DNA from: an uncultured Actinomycetes bacterium
GTDB taxonomy: Bacteria; Actinomycetota; UBA4738; HRBIN12
Length of the DNA: 64,000 nucleotides
Reading direction: 5' to 3'
NCBI GenBank assembly: GCA_963704725.1
Contig: OY969934.1
Location: 352,001-416,000, forward strand
The position numbers and the translations under genes were made by a program. Below the pieces are notes generated by a model, which worked only from the letters and a program-made list of their open reading frames with translations, ran no database searches and was not told the origin of the DNA. How positions within the stretch are numbered: the stretch's first letter is position 1; every line of letters starts with the position of its first letter. Positions 39,446 through 48,098 of this stretch are shown piece after piece.

Positions 39446-40495
39446 TCAGCCCGGACGGGCCGCGCCGACGAAGCTGTCCCAGTAGACGGAGACGACGCCG
39501 ACCGTCGTACCCGGATGCGAGGAGTGGATCATCCGTCCCCCGCCCACGTACATCGCGACGTGCGAGATGGGCGAGTAGAAGAACAGGAGGTCGCCCGGCT
39601 GCAGGTCCTCTCGCGCCACGTGGGGGAGCGCGGCGTACTGCGCGGCCGAGGAGTGGGGCAGGTAGACGCCGGCGTGCGCCCACGACCACATCGTGAACCC
39701 CGAGCAGTCGAACCCGGTCTCGGGGCTGGCGCCGCCGAACTGGTAGGGCGTTCCGATGACCGAGTAGGCCGCGGCGAGCACCGTCGCGACGTTCGCGTTC
39801 GGCGCCGGCGGTGGCGGGATCGGTGAGCTGCCGATCGTGGTCGTGCTCTGCTGCTGGGCGGCGGCCGCTGCGGCCGCGGCGCGGGCAGCCGCGGCCAGCG
39901 CCTCGTGGTACTTCTTGTCGAGCTCCGCGTACAGGCTCCGCGCCTCGGCCACGCGCGACTCGATCTGGTCGCGGTGGCTCGCGATGTCCTCGAGCACCGA
40001 TCGGCGCTCGTCCACCGTGTTCCGCAGCTCGTCGGCGGTCCACTGAGCCTCCTGCTTGGCTCTCGCCGCGAGCGTCGCGAGATCGGCGTCGGCCTGGGCC
40101 ATGCTGCCGATGAACTCGAGCCGGTCGGAGAAGTCGGCGATCGAGGTGGCGTCGAACAGGACGGAGATCTGCGACCCCAGTCCCGTGTAGGCGCGCGCCG
40201 CGCTCTGGTTCAGGCTGTCGGTCGCCCGGTCGGCCTCCGCCTGCGCCCGGCGGGCCGCGTCCTGCACCTCATCCAGCCTGGCCTGCACCTCTTCCAGGCG
40301 GATCCGAGCCTGGTCGTACTGCTCGACCAGGAGCGACATGTCGCGGTTCAGCGCGTCGAGGCGCGCTTGGGCGCGCTCTACCTCCTGCTTGCTGGGGGCG
40401 GCGGAGGAGAGGGAGGCGAAGCCGAGGGATGACATCGTCGTGATGAGCGCGACCACCATGAGTCGCGCCGCGATACCCCGCCTCGCTCGGATCAT
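39446..40495 (-). CDS. Secreted coiled-coil NlpC/P60 peptidoglycan endopeptidase (RipC/CwlO-like)
   Basis: Signal peptide, coiled coil, GTPYQFGG..P..GFDCSG, PGDLLFF, SHVAMY. Confidence 0.93.
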   Translation of the reverse strand: MIRARRGIAARLMVVALITTMSSLGFASLSSAAPSKQEVERAQARLDALNRDMSLLVEQYDQARIRLEEVQARLDEVQDAARRAQAEADRATDSLNQSAARAYTGLGSQISVLFDATSIADFSDRLEFIGSMAQADADLATLAARAKQEAQWTADELRNTVDERRSVLEDIASHRDQIESRVAEARSLYAELDKKYHEALAAAARAAAAAAAAQQQSTTTIGSSPIPPPPAPNANVATVLAAAYSVIGTPYQFGGASPETGFDCSGFTMWSWAHAGVYLPHSSAAQYAALPHVAREDLQPGDLLFFYSPISHVAMYVGGGRMIHSSHPGTTVGVVSVYWDSFVGAARPG

Positions 40496-40537
40496 CTGCC
40501 TCCGGATGCACAACGGGCCGTCTCCCCGACAGCCCGG

Positions 40538-40578
40538 CAGGAGGCTAACGACCCCCTGGGGGGTCGTCAAACCTCCTG
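40538..40578 (-). promoter_or_regulatory. TTGACG-N17-TAGCCT promoter embedded in a 41-bp inverted repeat
   Basis: Minus strand CAGGAGG-TTTGACGACCCCC-CA-GGGGGTCGTTAG-CCTCCTG. Confidence 0.65.
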
Positions 40579-40649
40579 TTTCACCGTCATGGAACCCTTG
40601 TCACGCCTCGGCGGGGAGGGCCTTCGGACGGTACTTCGCAAGGACCTTC

Positions 40650-40726
40650 TGGTCGGGACGGCGGGACTTGAACCCGCGACCTCAGCGTCCCGAACGCTGC
40701 GCGCTACCAAACTGCGCCACGTCCCG
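40650..40726 (-). tRNA. tRNA-Pro (CGG)
   Basis: CGGGACG acceptor stem, TGGCGCAGTTTGGTAGCGC D arm, CAGCG-TTCGGGA-CGCTG anticodon arm, GGTTCAAGTCC T arm, encoded CCA. Confidence 0.97.
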
Positions 40727-40810
40727 AGGCTGGTCAGTGTACCGGCTCACCGCTCCGGCCGGACCCGGGCCTTCGCCGGGTACCGCGAACCCGATACGCT
40801 CGCGGATGGC

Positions 40811-41845
40811 ATGAGGATCGCGCAGGTCTGCCCGCCGTGGCTCGCCGTTCCCCCGAAGGGATACGGCGGCATCGAGTGGGTGGTCGCGCTCATCGCCGAC
40901 GGCCTGGTCGAGGCGGGGCACGACGTGACGCTCTTCGCCACGGGGGACTCCCGGACCAAGGCGCGCCTGGAATACGTCTTCGACGAGGCGCCGGGTTCGC
41001 GCGAGATCAACGATCCCACGCTCGACACGACGCACACGCTGTTCGCGCTGCGAGACGCGCGGGAGCGGTTCGACGTCCTGCACGTGCACACGCCGTTCTC
41101 GGCGCTCGCCGCGGCCATCGAGACCGGCGTGCCGACCGTCCACACGCTGCACGGCTCGTTCACGCCGGAGATGAAGCGCCTGTACTCCTACGTCGGGGAT
41201 CGCGCGTGGTACGTCGCGATCAGCGAGGCCCAGCGGGGCTTCCACCCCGACCTCAACTACGGCGGCGTCGTCTACAACGGGATCGACATGGACTTCTATC
41301 CGCTCAACGAGCGCAAGGACGACTTCGTCCTGTTCCTCGGCCGGGCCGCCCCCGAGAAGGGCTGGCGCCGCGCCATCGACGCCGCGAAGGCCGCCGGCGA
41401 GCGCCTGGTCTCGGCGGTGAAGATCGCCCACCCCACCGAGGAGGAGGAGTGGGAGACCAACGTCAAGCCCGTCCTCCCCTCCGACTTCGAGGTGATGGGA
41501 GAGATCAGCCAGCCGGACAAGGTCGACCTGCTCCGCCGGGCCAAGGCGGTCCTGTTCCCGATCGACTGGCAGGAGCCTTTCGGGCTCGTCATGACCGAGG
41601 CCATGGCGTGCGGGACGCCGGTCATCGCCACCCCCCGCGGCTCGGTCCCCGAGGTGATCGAGGACGGCGTGACCGGCTGGATCGTCGACGTCGAGGACTA
41701 CCCGGCGCAGGCGGCCGAGCGGCTCCGGCATCTCGGCGAGATCGACCCGCAGGCATGCCGCGAGCGCGTCCGGCGCCTCTTCTCCAAGGAGGCCATGGTC
41801 GCCGGGTACGAGCGCGTGTTCGAGGCGGTCGCCGGGACTCGCTGA
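40811..41845 (+). CDS. GT4-family glycosyltransferase
   Basis: VPPKGYGGIE, GHDVTLFA, LFLGR..PEKG, WQEPFGLVMTEAMACGTPV. Confidence 0.93.
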   Translation: MRIAQVCPPWLAVPPKGYGGIEWVVALIADGLVEAGHDVTLFATGDSRTKARLEYVFDEAPGSREINDPTLDTTHTLFALRDARERFDVLHVHTPFSALAAAIETGVPTVHTLHGSFTPEMKRLYSYVGDRAWYVAISEAQRGFHPDLNYGGVVYNGIDMDFYPLNERKDDFVLFLGRAAPEKGWRRAIDAAKAAGERLVSAVKIAHPTEEEEWETNVKPVLPSDFEVMGEISQPDKVDLLRRAKAVLFPIDWQEPFGLVMTEAMACGTPVIATPRGSVPEVIEDGVTGWIVDVEDYPAQAAERLRHLGEIDPQACRERVRRLFSKEAMVAGYERVFEAVAGTR

Positions 41846-41872
41846 AGCCTGCCCGACACCGATCGACGGCGG

Positions 41873-42766
41873 CTACCGCGGCGGCGGGACCGGCCGAACC
41901 GAACGCCGAAGCTCGAGGAGCGTCGCCTCGGGCCGGCACAGGAATCGGAACGGCGCGTACTTGCTCGTCCCGAGCCCGGGTGAGACGTGCACGAGGCCGT
42001 CCCCGAGACGGAACAGCCCCGAGACCACCCGGCGCGGAAGGTTCGAGTTCGTGACGATCGCGCCGACGAGCGGCAGGCGGATCTGCCCGCCGTGCGTGTG
42101 GCCGGCCACGACGAAGCCGTAGCCGCACGCGACGGCCTCCGGCGCCGAGTCGGGGGAGTGCATCACCGCGAACCCGAACCGTTCCGGGGCCCGGCGCGGA
42201 ACCACCCGCAGGTCCTGCCGGGCCACGTGTGAGTCGTCGAGCCCGAGCAGCTCGACGGCGAGGCCGTCGACGTCGATCTCGGCGCGGACGTTCGTGAGGT
42301 CGGTCCACCCATCCGCCTCGAGCGCGCGGACGAGGTCTCGGGACCGGCCGCGGTGGCCTCGGCGAGGCCTTCGGCGGGTCCGGGGAACGAGGTACCGGAA
42401 CGGGTTCACCGGCCGGGGGGCGTAGTAATCGTTCGAGCCGAGCACGAACCAGGAGGCGAGCCGGCCGCGGTTGGGGCGGACCGCATCCACGACGGCTTCC
42501 ACGGCCGCCGGCTCGGCCAGGAAGTCGCCGGTCACGATCGTGACGTCCGCCGCGGGGAGCGAGGCCAGGAACCGGGCCTTGCGTGCGTCGCGCCGCACGA
42601 AGTGCAGGTCCGACAGGTGCAGCACGTGGATCGTCTCGGGACCGCCCGTCGGTAGGATGGCGACGTCGTGCCGCACCAGTCGGTACGAGCGGCGCTCGAT
42701 GAGCACGCCGTAGGCGACGCAGGCGACGCCGGCGACGAGGACGGCGAGCACGATGGCGATGAGCAC
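41873..42766 (-). CDS. Membrane-anchored metallophosphoesterase (YkuE/Rv3683-like)
   Basis: LSDLH, TGDF, GSNDY, HSPD, AGHTHGGQ, GLG, R..C.PE. Confidence 0.92.
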   Translation of the reverse strand: MLIAIVLAVLVAGVACVAYGVLIERRSYRLVRHDVAILPTGGPETIHVLHLSDLHFVRRDARKARFLASLPAADVTIVTGDFLAEPAAVEAVVDAVRPNRGRLASWFVLGSNDYYAPRPVNPFRYLVPRTRRRPRRGHRGRSRDLVRALEADGWTDLTNVRAEIDVDGLAVELLGLDDSHVARQDLRVVPRRAPERFGFAVMHSPDSAPEAVACGYGFVVAGHTHGGQIRLPLVGAIVTNSNLPRRVVSGLFRLGDGLVHVSPGLGTSKYAPFRFLCRPEATLLELRRSVRPVPPPR

Positions 42767-42782
42767 GGAAGGGGAGTCTACG

Positions 42783-43238
42783 GTGGGCGAGGCCTCGCTC
42801 AGGACGAGGGTCCACGACGAGATGACCGCGGCGATGAAGGACCGCGACAAGGTCCGGCTCGGGGCGCTGCGGATGCTCGCCGCATCGATCACCAACCGCG
42901 AGAAGGAGATCCTGCACGAGCTCTCGGACGACGAGGTCCGCGAGGTCGCCGGCCGCGAGGTGAAGAAGCGCTCGGAGTCGATCGAGGCGTTCGAGGCCGG
43001 CGGGCGGATGGACCTCGTCGAGCGGGAGCGTGCCGAGCGCGAGGTCCTGCGAGCCTACGCGCCCGAGCCGCTCGAGGACTCGGCCGTCGAGGCGCTGATC
43101 GACGAGGCCATCGCCTCGACCGGAGCGACCTCGGCCCGTGAGATGGGCAAGGTCATGGGCGTCGTGATGGGCCGGGTCAAGGGCAGGGTCGACGGCGCCC
43201 TGGTGCAGCGCAAGGTCCGGGAGCGCCTCGGGGACTAG
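42783..43238 (+). CDS. GatB/YqeY domain protein
   Basis: AAMKDRD, EVKKRSESIEAF..GGR, MGKVMG. Confidence 0.92.
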   Translation: MGEASLRTRVHDEMTAAMKDRDKVRLGALRMLAASITNREKEILHELSDDEVREVAGREVKKRSESIEAFEAGGRMDLVERERAEREVLRAYAPEPLEDSAVEALIDEAIASTGATSAREMGKVMGVVMGRVKGRVDGALVQRKVRERLGD

Positions 43239-45712
43239 GGCTTGGTGGGGCCCGTCGGCCCGGTGGCTCCGCCGTCGCCGCCGATGCGGCCCACCTGGAT
43301 CGTGATGGTCGCGCCCGCGTCGACGACCTTCGTGCCGTCGCCGATGGGGACCTGCGAGAGCACGATGCCCTCCTGGGAGTGGTCCTCGACGCTCACATAC
43401 TCGACGGCGGCGACGAGCCCCAGGTCCTGGATCTGCCTGACGGCCTGGCGTTCGGTGAGCCCGGTGAGGCGGGGCACGATGACCGGCTCGCCGCGTCCGT
43501 TGCTCACCTGGATCGTCACCGCGCTTCCGAGGACCGCGCTCGAGCCACCGCCGGGTGACTGGGCCAGCACCATGTTGACGGTCTCGAACGAGAGCACCTT
43601 CTCGACGATGGGGGTGAAGTTGGCCTCGGCCAGCGCCTGCTGCGCCTCCTCGGACCGCATGCCGACGACGTCGGGGATGTGACCCCGCGCGGGAGCCGGC
43701 GGCGCCTCGAACCCCTCGACGGGGTAGTCCTGCATCGCCTTGACCATGAAGGCGTGCCAGATCGGCGCGGCCACCGTTCCCCCGAACACCGAACTGCCGA
43801 AGTAGTCGTCCATCGGGATCTGCCCGCTGGGGAACCCGACCCAGACGGCGGTGGCCACCTGCGGCGTGTAGCCGGCGAAGTACACGTTCGTGTAGTCCTG
43901 CGCCGTCCCGGTCTTGCCGGCGACGGGGCGCCCGATCCCGCCCGCCGCCGTGCCGGTCCCGCAACAGACCACGCGCTCCAGCATGGCCGTGACGAGATGC
44001 GCGATCTCGGGGTCGATCACCTGCTCGCACTGCGCGCGGTGTTTGTACAGCGTCTCGAACCCGCCGTTCTCCCTCGGCTGCTCGACGCGGGCCACGGCGA
44101 ACGGCTTGCAGTGGATCCCGTCGTTGGCGAGCGTCCCGTAGGCGGAGGCCATGTCGAGCGTCGAGACCTCCTCGACCCCGAGCGTGATGGAGGGAACGGC
44201 GTCGAGGGGCGACGTGATGCCCATGTCGTGCGCCGTCTCCACGATGTGCTCCGGACCGACGTCGAGCGCGAGCTGCGCGAACACCACGTTGACCGAGTTC
44301 TCCGTGGCCGACCACAGGTCCATGTAGCCGGCGTCGCCGACGGGCTCGGCGTTGCTCACGCAGCCGCTCGCGCTGATCCATCCCTCGAGGCCGCACTGGG
44401 GCGACTTCGACGAGTAGACCTTGCCCGGCGGGAACCCTTCCCGGAACGCCGTGACGAGGGTGAACGGCTTGAAGGCGGACCCGACCTGCCGCGTGCCGTG
44501 CCAGACCAGGTCGAGCTGGTCCCGCCGGTAGTTCTTCCCCGAGAGCATGGCCCTGATCGCCCCGCTCCGCGTGTCGACGGAGACGAGCGACGTGTCGGGC
44601 CCCGCGTCGGGCTGGATGTACGTGCTCGCGTCCACGGCCTCCTGGGCGTAGTCCTGCCACTCGGGTTGGAGCGTCGTGTAGATCCTGAGGCCCCCCTGGT
44701 ACAGCGTTCGCACACGCTGCTCGTACGTCTTGCCGAAGGCGTCGAACTCCCCGTTCACGTCGTCGAGGACGAGCTGACGGATGTAGGAGACGAAGAAGGG
44801 CTCGACCTTCTGCTCCGGCGGGCCCGCGTCGGGCGCGAGCCCCAGGCCGCTCGCCTTGGCCCGCTCGGCCTTCCGCTCGCCGATCAGGCCGAGCTGGAGC
44901 ATCCGGTCGATCACCACGTCGCGGCGCCGCAGGGCCGAGTCCGCGTTCGTGACCGGGTCGTACAGGCCCGGCGCCCGGATCACCCCGGCCAGCAGGGCTG
45001 CCTCCGGAAGCGTCAGCTTCGACGGCGGTTTGCGGAAGTAGGTTTGCGACGCCGTGCCGATCCCGTAGGCGCCGTTCCCGAAGTACACCTCGTTCAGGTA
45101 CATCTCGAGGATCTCGTCCTTCGTGTACCTGCGCTCGACGCGGATCGCCAGGGCCGCCTCCTGGAACTTGCGGGCGAACGTCTGGCTCGGCACGTCGATC
45201 AGCACGTTCTTCACGAGCTGCTGGGTGATCGTGGACGCCCCCTGCTCGATCTCGCCGGAGGCGAGGTCCTTGAGCGCCGCCCGCATCAGGCCAGGGAAGT
45301 CCAGGGCACCGTGCTCGTAGAAGCCGTCGTCCTCGATCGCGAGCACCGCGCTCTGGGCGACCTGCGCGACGTTCTCGAGCTGCACGATCCGCCGGTTCTC
45401 GTCCAGATAGACCGTCGCCAGGACCGATCCGTCCGCCGCGTAGATCACCGAGCGCTCGGGGAACCGGGGGATGCGGACCCGGCCCACGCCCGCCTCGTCC
45501 AGACGATCGTGGAAGGCGTTCACCCCCATGGTCGCCCCCGCGAACAGCGGCAGCAGGACGAGCGCGACGAGCAGCGCCCCGAACGCCAGGACGACGGCGA
45601 GCAGCACGGGGACCAGTGCGGGGATGACGCGCTTGGGGCGGAGCTGGTTCGGCGGTTTGGGGCGGGCCCGTCGCTGGGCGGGCCGGCGGCGGTGGCTGGG
45701 GGGCGCCTGCAC
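43235..45712 (-). CDS. ponA: Class A penicillin-binding protein with PASTA domains (PonA2-like)
   Basis: EDDGFYEH, GASTITQQLVKN, RKFQE, GSAFK (SxxK), SVN, KTGT, two PASTA repeats. Confidence 0.95.
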   Translation of the reverse strand: MQAPPSHRRRPAQRRARPKPPNQLRPKRVIPALVPVLLAVVLAFGALLVALVLLPLFAGATMGVNAFHDRLDEAGVGRVRIPRFPERSVIYAADGSVLATVYLDENRRIVQLENVAQVAQSAVLAIEDDGFYEHGALDFPGLMRAALKDLASGEIEQGASTITQQLVKNVLIDVPSQTFARKFQEAALAIRVERRYTKDEILEMYLNEVYFGNGAYGIGTASQTYFRKPPSKLTLPEAALLAGVIRAPGLYDPVTNADSALRRRDVVIDRMLQLGLIGERKAERAKASGLGLAPDAGPPEQKVEPFFVSYIRQLVLDDVNGEFDAFGKTYEQRVRTLYQGGLRIYTTLQPEWQDYAQEAVDASTYIQPDAGPDTSLVSVDTRSGAIRAMLSGKNYRRDQLDLVWHGTRQVGSAFKPFTLVTAFREGFPPGKVYSSKSPQCGLEGWISASGCVSNAEPVGDAGYMDLWSATENSVNVVFAQLALDVGPEHIVETAHDMGITSPLDAVPSITLGVEEVSTLDMASAYGTLANDGIHCKPFAVARVEQPRENGGFETLYKHRAQCEQVIDPEIAHLVTAMLERVVCCGTGTAAGGIGRPVAGKTGTAQDYTNVYFAGYTPQVATAVWVGFPSGQIPMDDYFGSSVFGGTVAAPIWHAFMVKAMQDYPVEGFEAPPAPARGHIPDVVGMRSEEAQQALAEANFTPIVEKVLSFETVNMVLAQSPGGGSSAVLGSAVTIQVSNGRGEPVIVPRLTGLTERQAVRQIQDLGLVAAVEYVSVEDHSQEGIVLSQVPIGDGTKVVDAGATITIQVGRIGGDGGATGPTGPTKP

Positions 45713-45771
45713 GGTCGCGGCCAGGATACCGGCGCGGGGGGGTCGGTTCGCGTGGGTACCATGAGAAGTCC

Positions 45772-47136
45772 ATGCGCCGCGTCGCCTCGGTCCTTTCGCT
45801 CATCTGGGCGCTCGTCTGGACGGTGTGCGCGTGGCCCCCGCCCGCCACGGCCGCGGATGCGGCCTCGGTCGTCGTGGTGAAGGTCGACGGGTCGATCGAC
45901 CGGACGGTCGCGGGATACCTGCGGGATGCGCTCGGCGACGCCGAGGCGTCGGGCTCGACCGTGGTGATGCAGCTCGACAGCGCGGGCACGATCGACCAGG
46001 ACGCCGTGTCGCTCGCCACGCGCATCCACGACGCCACCGTCCCCGTGGTCGTGTGGGTGGGGCCGTCGCCGGCCAAGGCTCAGGGCGCCGGTCTCCTCTT
46101 CCTGTACGCGGCGAGCGTGGCCGCGGTGGCGCCGGGCGTCGGCGTGGGGCCGCTCGAGCCGCTCGACCTCGGGGGCGCGCCGGAGCCCGCCCCGGCCGAG
46201 GTCCGCCGCCTGGCCACGTCCTGGATCCTCGAGCGCGATCGCCCGATGCCGGTCTCGTTCCCCGCCGAACCGGTGCCGGCCCAGGCGGCGATCGACGGGC
46301 ACATCGCCGCATACGCCGCCGTGACCGTGCCGGGGCTGCTGGACCGTCTGGACGGCGTCGTGGTGCGGACCGCCGGCGGGGAGGTCACGCTCCACACGAA
46401 GATCGCCCGGGCCGAGGGGGAGGTCCCGGTCGACGTCGAGTTCGTCGACCTCGGGCCGATCGCGCGCGTGCTGCACGCCGCGTCCTCACCGACCTGGATC
46501 TTCGTGCTGCTCGTGCTCGGCCTGGCCGGGCTCGCCTTCGAGCTCACCCAGCCGGGGTTCGGGTTCGCCGGGTTCGCCGGCGTGGGGATGCTGGCGCTCG
46601 CCGTCTACGGGCTCACCGTCGTTCCGTTCTCGTGGCCGGGTCTGGTGGGGTTGGTGGGGGGGCTCGGCCTCATGACGCTCGACGTGCGGGTCCGCAAGCT
46701 CGGGCCGCTGAGCGCGATCGGCCTCGTCGCGTTCGTGGGCGGGTCGGTCGTGACGTTCGGGGGCGTCGCGGACCAGATCGACGTCTCGCCGTGGCTGATC
46801 GGATCGTCCGGCGTGGCGGCACTCCTGTATTGGGGGTTCGGGCTCACGGTGGCGGTCCAGTCGCGGGACCGGATCACCTCGACGCAGAGGGGCCTCGTCG
46901 GGTTGGTGGGGGAGGCGCGCGGCGAGCTGAAGCCGGAGGGGCCGGTCTACGTGAAGGGCACCCTGTGGCGGGGCCGCAGCACGAACGGCCCCATCGCCGC
47001 GGGGACCCGGATCCGCGTTCGGGCCGTGGACGGGCTGATCCTGCGGGTCCAGGCGGAGCCCGATCCGGCCGCCGGGACCGAGACCGAGCCCCCGCTCCCG
47101 GGGCCCCGGCCCGAGACGGGGCCGGCCGAGACCTGA
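45772..47136 (+). CDS. NfeD-family membrane protein (long form)
   Basis: N-terminal ClpP-like domain (LDSAG, VPVVVWVGP), TM block with ELTQPGFG, C-terminal OB fold (GPVYVKGTLW). Confidence 0.88.
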   Translation: MRRVASVLSLIWALVWTVCAWPPPATAADAASVVVVKVDGSIDRTVAGYLRDALGDAEASGSTVVMQLDSAGTIDQDAVSLATRIHDATVPVVVWVGPSPAKAQGAGLLFLYAASVAAVAPGVGVGPLEPLDLGGAPEPAPAEVRRLATSWILERDRPMPVSFPAEPVPAQAAIDGHIAAYAAVTVPGLLDRLDGVVVRTAGGEVTLHTKIARAEGEVPVDVEFVDLGPIARVLHAASSPTWIFVLLVLGLAGLAFELTQPGFGFAGFAGVGMLALAVYGLTVVPFSWPGLVGLVGGLGLMTLDVRVRKLGPLSAIGLVAFVGGSVVTFGGVADQIDVSPWLIGSSGVAALLYWGFGLTVAVQSRDRITSTQRGLVGLVGEARGELKPEGPVYVKGTLWRGRSTNGPIAAGTRIRVRAVDGLILRVQAEPDPAAGTETEPPLPGPRPETGPAET

Positions 47137-47269
47137 GCCCGGGCCCTGCCCCCGGTTACGAACTTGTGCGTTTTTCCCCAACGCCGAGGTAAAGCCCCCA
47201 CCGGGCGGAATCCCCTCGCGATCGAGATACGAAAGACCAAGCAAGAGCTCGACCCGAGGAGTGGCCTGC

Positions 47270-47551
47270 GTGGCGGAGCGGATGTTCGCCGACTGGACGT
47301 ACGGCTGGCAGTTCGAGGCGGCGTGCCGGGGCGAGGAGTCCTCGCTCTTCTTCGCGCCGAACTACTTCGAGCGGCGCGAGGAGAAGGACCGGCGCGAGGC
47401 CCGGGCGAAGGGGATCTGCGCCCGATGCGGGGTCCGCACCACCTGCCTCGAGTACGCGCTCAAGATCCGCGAGTCCCACGGCATCTGGGGTGGCATGAAC
47501 GAGCTCGAGCGGCGCCAGCTCCTGCGCCGTCAGGCCCTCCAGGCCGGCTGA
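47270..47551 (+). CDS. WhiB-family Fe-S transcriptional regulator
   Basis: WQFEAAC...AKGICARC.VRTTCLEYAL...GIWGG; GAGGAG RBS. Confidence 0.95.
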   Translation: MAERMFADWTYGWQFEAACRGEESSLFFAPNYFERREEKDRREARAKGICARCGVRTTCLEYALKIRESHGIWGGMNELERRQLLRRQALQAG

Positions 47552-47641
47552 GCTCCACCTCGCCCGCCGCTTCCCGTTCTGCGAGGATGCTCCACGCCCC
47601 TGTCCCGGTCCCCGCGCCGGGCGGACGAGGAAGGGACCGCC

Positions 47642-48097
47642 GTGATCGAGGAGCGTCTCGCAGAGCTGGGGATCGAGCTGCCGCCGGCCGCCGCGCCGCT
47701 CGCGTCCTACGTGCCGGTTCGGATCTCGGGCACGCATGCGTACGTCTCCGGCCAGGTGCCGCTCGAGGAGGGTCGCCTGCTGTCCTCCGGGCGGCTCGGA
47801 GCGGAGCGCTCGGTCGAAGAGGGGCAGGGGGCCGCGCGGCGCTGCGCGCTGCAGGCGCTCGCGGCGCTCCGCGACGCGCTCGGCAGGCTCGATCGGGTGC
47901 GGGGGGTGGTGAAGCTCGACGTCTTCGTCGCCTCCGCTCCGGGGTTCACCGATCAGCCGAAGGTGGCCAACGGCGCGAGCGATGTCCTGGTCGAGATCTT
48001 CGGAGAACCGGGCCGTCACGCCCGGACGGCGGTCGGGGTGTCGGAGCTGCCGCTCGGCGCCTCCGTCGAGGTCGCCGTGACCGTGCAGATCGACTGA
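47642..48097 (+). CDS. RidA/YjgF-family protein
   Basis: YVP, VSGQVP, FTDQPKVANGASD, HARTAVGV.ELPLGASVE. Confidence 0.93.
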   Translation: MIEERLAELGIELPPAAAPLASYVPVRISGTHAYVSGQVPLEEGRLLSSGRLGAERSVEEGQGAARRCALQALAALRDALGRLDRVRGVVKLDVFVASAPGFTDQPKVANGASDVLVEIFGEPGRHARTAVGVSELPLGASVEVAVTVQID

Positions 48098-48098
48098 C

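Noticed and set aside
40496-40649. c-di-AMP (ydaO) riboswitch upstream of NlpC/P60
   Set aside because: The conserved ydaO segments are not present on the coding strand, and the leader from the predicted promoter is too short
40650-40726. tRNA-Pro as the integration site of the RHS/IS island
   Set aside because: No duplicated tRNA 3' end or integrase seen, and core genes lie between the tRNA and the island
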